64,000 nt of DNA from contig OX597814.1 of NCBI GenBank assembly GCA_951406725.2, positions 53,382,001-53,446,000 on the forward strand, read 5' to 3'. Of the stretch, positions 60,163 to 64,000 are shown piece after piece. A model generated the notes under the pieces. The model saw only the letters and a program-made list of their open reading frames with translations, searched no databases and was not told where the DNA came from. The stretch comes from Octopus vulgaris (taxonomy: Eukaryota). Made by a program: the position numbers and the translations under genes. Positions within the stretch are counted from its first letter, which is position 1, and every line of letters starts with the position of its first letter.

Positions 60163-60311
60163 TAAATACATATACATATATATATATGTACATGTATATC
60201 TTTGTATGATTCCGGATCCGATACACACGATATATATTAATCGATGAATTACCAGAATGAAATAAGCACCGGATCGATATATTCAGCTTATCATTTCATC
60301 CTATATATAAA

Positions 60312-60382
<71 letters not shown>

Positions 60383-61110
60383 GATAGACAGACAGATATA
60401 TATATACAGCCCACTCTCCTGTTAAAGACGACTGATGAGGCTTCCGCAATTCCTTGATCAACAAGCTTCAGCCAGACTATTTGTTTATAGCGATCAGATG
60501 TTTCTGCAGAATATTAACTTACTCCATCAAATAGATGTTGTCTGTACAGGTGCACAATGTGCCACACATTAGATGTCGAAGTAAGTGCAGCGCAACGAGA
60601 GACGAAGTGGTTTTTTGCTCAACAACACAACCCCTCTCCCAACCTCCATCTCCTGGACCGGGGAATAGAAACTACAACACCCTAACCACCAGGCCACGCG
60701 TCTTCATATGCACACATACATACACACAGACGAACACACACACGCACACGCACACACAGACACACACACACGCACACGCACACACGCACACACACTATTT
60801 TGGTCAATTCAGTCTCTTATCACAGTCAGTTTCACATGTGGACACAGGGGGGCTTAAGGCAAGTTACGACTCGTCCTATATAAAGTATTATTACCAATTT
60901 CTACTATAGAATCGAGTACTCTTTATTACTATTTTTTTTTTTCTCATATACATATATATATATATATATATTAAACCACGGTTTTACATTTTAATTACCT
61001 GCTACCGTGTACCTTATAACAAGGACCATACATACTGAGGTAATACCAGGTGTGCCTTTGGATACATCTATCCCTTTGATGGTTTCATTACCTCTAACTT
61101 GTATCTTACA

Positions 61111-61161
<51 letters not shown>

Positions 61162-61177
61162 TATATATACATATATC

Positions 61178-61335
61178 CGACAGGCTTCTTTCAGGCTTCT
61201 TTCTAGGCTTCTTCACTCACAAGGCATTGGTCGGCCCGGGGCTATAGCAGAAGACACTTGTCCAAGATGCCACGCAGTGGGACTGAACCCGGAACCATGT
61301 GGTTGGTTAGCAAGCTACTTACCACACAGCCACTC

Positions 61336-61337
<2 letters not shown>
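61178..61337 (-). mobile_element. SINE family A, 5' portion
   Basis: CACTCACAAGGCATTGGTCGG...ACCACACAGCCACTCC. Confidence 0.85.
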
Positions 61338-61402
<65 letters not shown>

Positions 61403-62153
61403 CATATATCACGTGATCACGTGACCGACCGGACTATCAGATGTTGTTGCACATCGCTGGTCACAATGCGTTCGCATTGTTTTAGCCTTCGAATGACACC
61501 ATCCCGCTGGCTAAGCGAGCAGACCAACAGAAGAAAGAGTGGGAGAAAGAGTGGTGAAAGAGTACAGCAGGGATCACCACCCCCATGCCGGAGAAAAAAA
61601 AATTAGTGCCACTATAAGTCGCAGACTCAGGAACGTGGAAGCGCATTGATCTCAAGGTCGGGAAACAGATCCCCAAAATGTTCGATACCATTCTTTGCAT
61701 ATATGGTTTTACATCAGAGTAACCTTCTCCTAGAAACACACCTTAACAAAAGCACGCCGGACAATTACTTGGAATTTCAGAGTGTCTCTGTTCTTGCTAG
61801 ATAGTCATTGAACTTACACTGTGTTTATCCGTCCTTTTGCCAAGTCTTGTTTTTACTCCTGTTGGGTTTCTAGCAACGCTCCTCACCAGGCTCACCTTGA
61901 AAGGAGCTGGCTTAGTCATCGATCACCCGAAGATGCATCCATCCATCAATCCATCCATTCATCCATCAATCCATCCACCCATCCATCCATCCATCCATAC
62001 ATACATACATACATACATACATACATACATACATGCAAACATAAATACATAGAAATGCCAATGAAGGAGCCTTGCATCCAGGTTAGAAACTGACTCTTTC
62101 TTTCTTGGTATGAAATTTTGAAATAAGACTAAATAACTATATACATGCTTGCA

Positions 62154-62205
<52 letters not shown>

Positions 62206-62362
62206 AACATGCTCGCGCGCGTGTGAGTGTGTATGTGTATGTGTATGTGTGTTTGTGTGTGTGTGTATGTATTCTCCGATGCATTTTCGAAGAAAATATC
62301 GCTGTGAACACCCGATAAAATGTAATCAGCAACGTATAGTTACTTAATATAATAACCATTTA

Positions 62363-62730
62363 GGCGGCGAGCTAGCAGAAACGTTAGCACGCCAGGCGAA
62401 GTGCTTAGCGGTATTTCCTCTGCCGTTACGTCCTGAGTTCAAATTCCGCCGAGGTCGACTTTGCCTTTCATACTTTCGGGGTCGATTAAATAAGTACCAG
62501 TTACGCACTGGGGTCGATATAATCGACTTAATCCGTTTGTCTGTCCTTGTTTGTCCCCTCTGTGTTTGGCCCCTTGTGGGTAGTAAAGAAATAGGTATTT
62601 CGTCTCTCTTTACGTTCTGTGTTGAAATTCCACCGAGGTCGACTTTGCTTTCCATCCTTTCGGGGTCAATAAATTAAGTACCGATAAATTAATACCAAAA
62701 ATTTCGCGCGTTGTGCCTAGAGTAGAAAAG
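62363..62730 (+). mobile_element. SINE family B, long form with TSD
   Basis: Head GGCGGCGAGCTAGCAGAAACGTTAGC; duplicated core; TSD AATATAATAACYATTYA at 62346-62362 and 62731-62747. Confidence 0.92.
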
Positions 62731-63529
62731 AATATAATAACTATTCAAACTTAAACGAAACCAATTGGAGCCACATGTATTGGTTTCAAATCTTGGTACA
62801 CGGTCAGTAATTTCAGGGAAGTGGGGGAAGGAAAGTCGATTACATTGAAACGCCAAGTAAAAAAAATTAAAAAAAAAATAAAAAAAAACGTTGCAAATTA
62901 TAATATGTTTTGTTTGCATGCCTTCACGAGGCATGTATTAAATTATAATATATGAGCTGTTTTCCAAATCTCTTGAACCCATGATTTGTTTCAAAGAAAA
63001 AACATATATATATTGTTTCCTTTCTGCCATTTCACTATTTTGGTTTCTACTAAAGTGTTGTATTCGAAGAATTTCAGCTGGAAGATCTGTTTTCTAGACG
63101 ATGAAGTCGGCTGTACTTCTACAATGAGAGCATGTTTGCAGAAACACAGTGTGTCCCGGTCTGTTACATATATATATATATTTTTTCTTTTTTTTTAGTT
63201 TTATAGATTTCGCTGAAAATGTTTTCGATTTAGTTATTTTACTTATTACTTGTGTGTGTGTGTGGGTGCGTTTGTAATACTTTTATCTGAATGCGTGTTT
63301 GTAATACACCCACCGATAGTAAAAATATATAACCTACATGCTAAAGAAAACCACCAAACCACTAAAGAAAACATATATATACACACACGTCACACACAAA
63401 TACATACACACACACACACACACACAAGCCACACATAAAACACACACACACATATATATACACACACGTCACACACAAATACATACACACACACACACAC
63501 AAGCCACACATAAATACATATATACTGAC

Positions 63530-63591
<62 letters not shown>

Positions 63592-64000
63592 ATCAATATG
63601 CAGTGTTTGAAGGCGTTAAGTATATGCTAATACCTGGAAACCTTATTTAAAAGTAAAACGGAACTCATACCCTATACGCTTGTAAAAGCAGATATTACAT
63701 ACCTGTAACGATATTGATTTCTGATTGCTTATTTTTTTTTTTTTACATGGATGTAAGATATATGGGAGGTGTTAGGGAAATAAGACTATATAATAATCGT
63801 GCGTTTCTCAAGTACATTGAAATGAAATGAAATAGCGTTGTTGTCTGTGGTGAGATTTTTGCATGTTTTCCACTTAAAGTCATTTCACTTTATTTAAATG
63901 AATTATGATAATGAGAAAAGTATGATCATCACAATTTCGCATTTTACCTCTCTTATAAGTTCATGTTTTAAGCATTGTGCCACCTCATTCCACCACCCTA

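Noticed and set aside
60428-60480. CTGATGAGGCT...AGCC hammerhead-like string
   Set aside because: GAAA is absent after the putative stem II.
63365-63520. Two ~80-bp tandem units, plus short duplications at 19806-19845, 41720-41795 and 43311-43350, as CRISPR-like arrays
   Set aside because: Simple tandem duplications without unique spacers, in eukaryotic DNA with no cas genes.

Overview
AT-rich animal genomic DNA packed with microsatellites and transposon remnants. I found no intact host gene, rRNA, tRNA gene or CRISPR array, and almost every ORF in the supplied track is a translated microsatellite. The SINE families and repeat density suggest an octopus/cephalopod genome (inference). Contents: three tRNA-headed SINE families in many copies; a ~550-bp non-coding element confined to (AAT)n tracts; R4/Dong-type RLE retrotransposon fragments, mostly beside (AAT)n; a 5'-truncated CR1-group LINE whose 3' end matches one SINE tail; three mariner copies; Helitron pieces; several MITEs and hairpins; a Penelope GIY-YIG remnant; and a ~2-kb foldback element with Merlin-like ends. 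The most notable unannotated signal is a set of hammerhead-ribozyme folds (five fairly complete, several decayed), most in short non-coding modules abutting (TA)n tracts. One module is a 464-bp unit with a 99-bp terminal redundancy and an inverted end, like a retrozyme or Penelope pLTR derivative. All alignments and folds were done by eye, so boundaries of degenerate copies are approximate.
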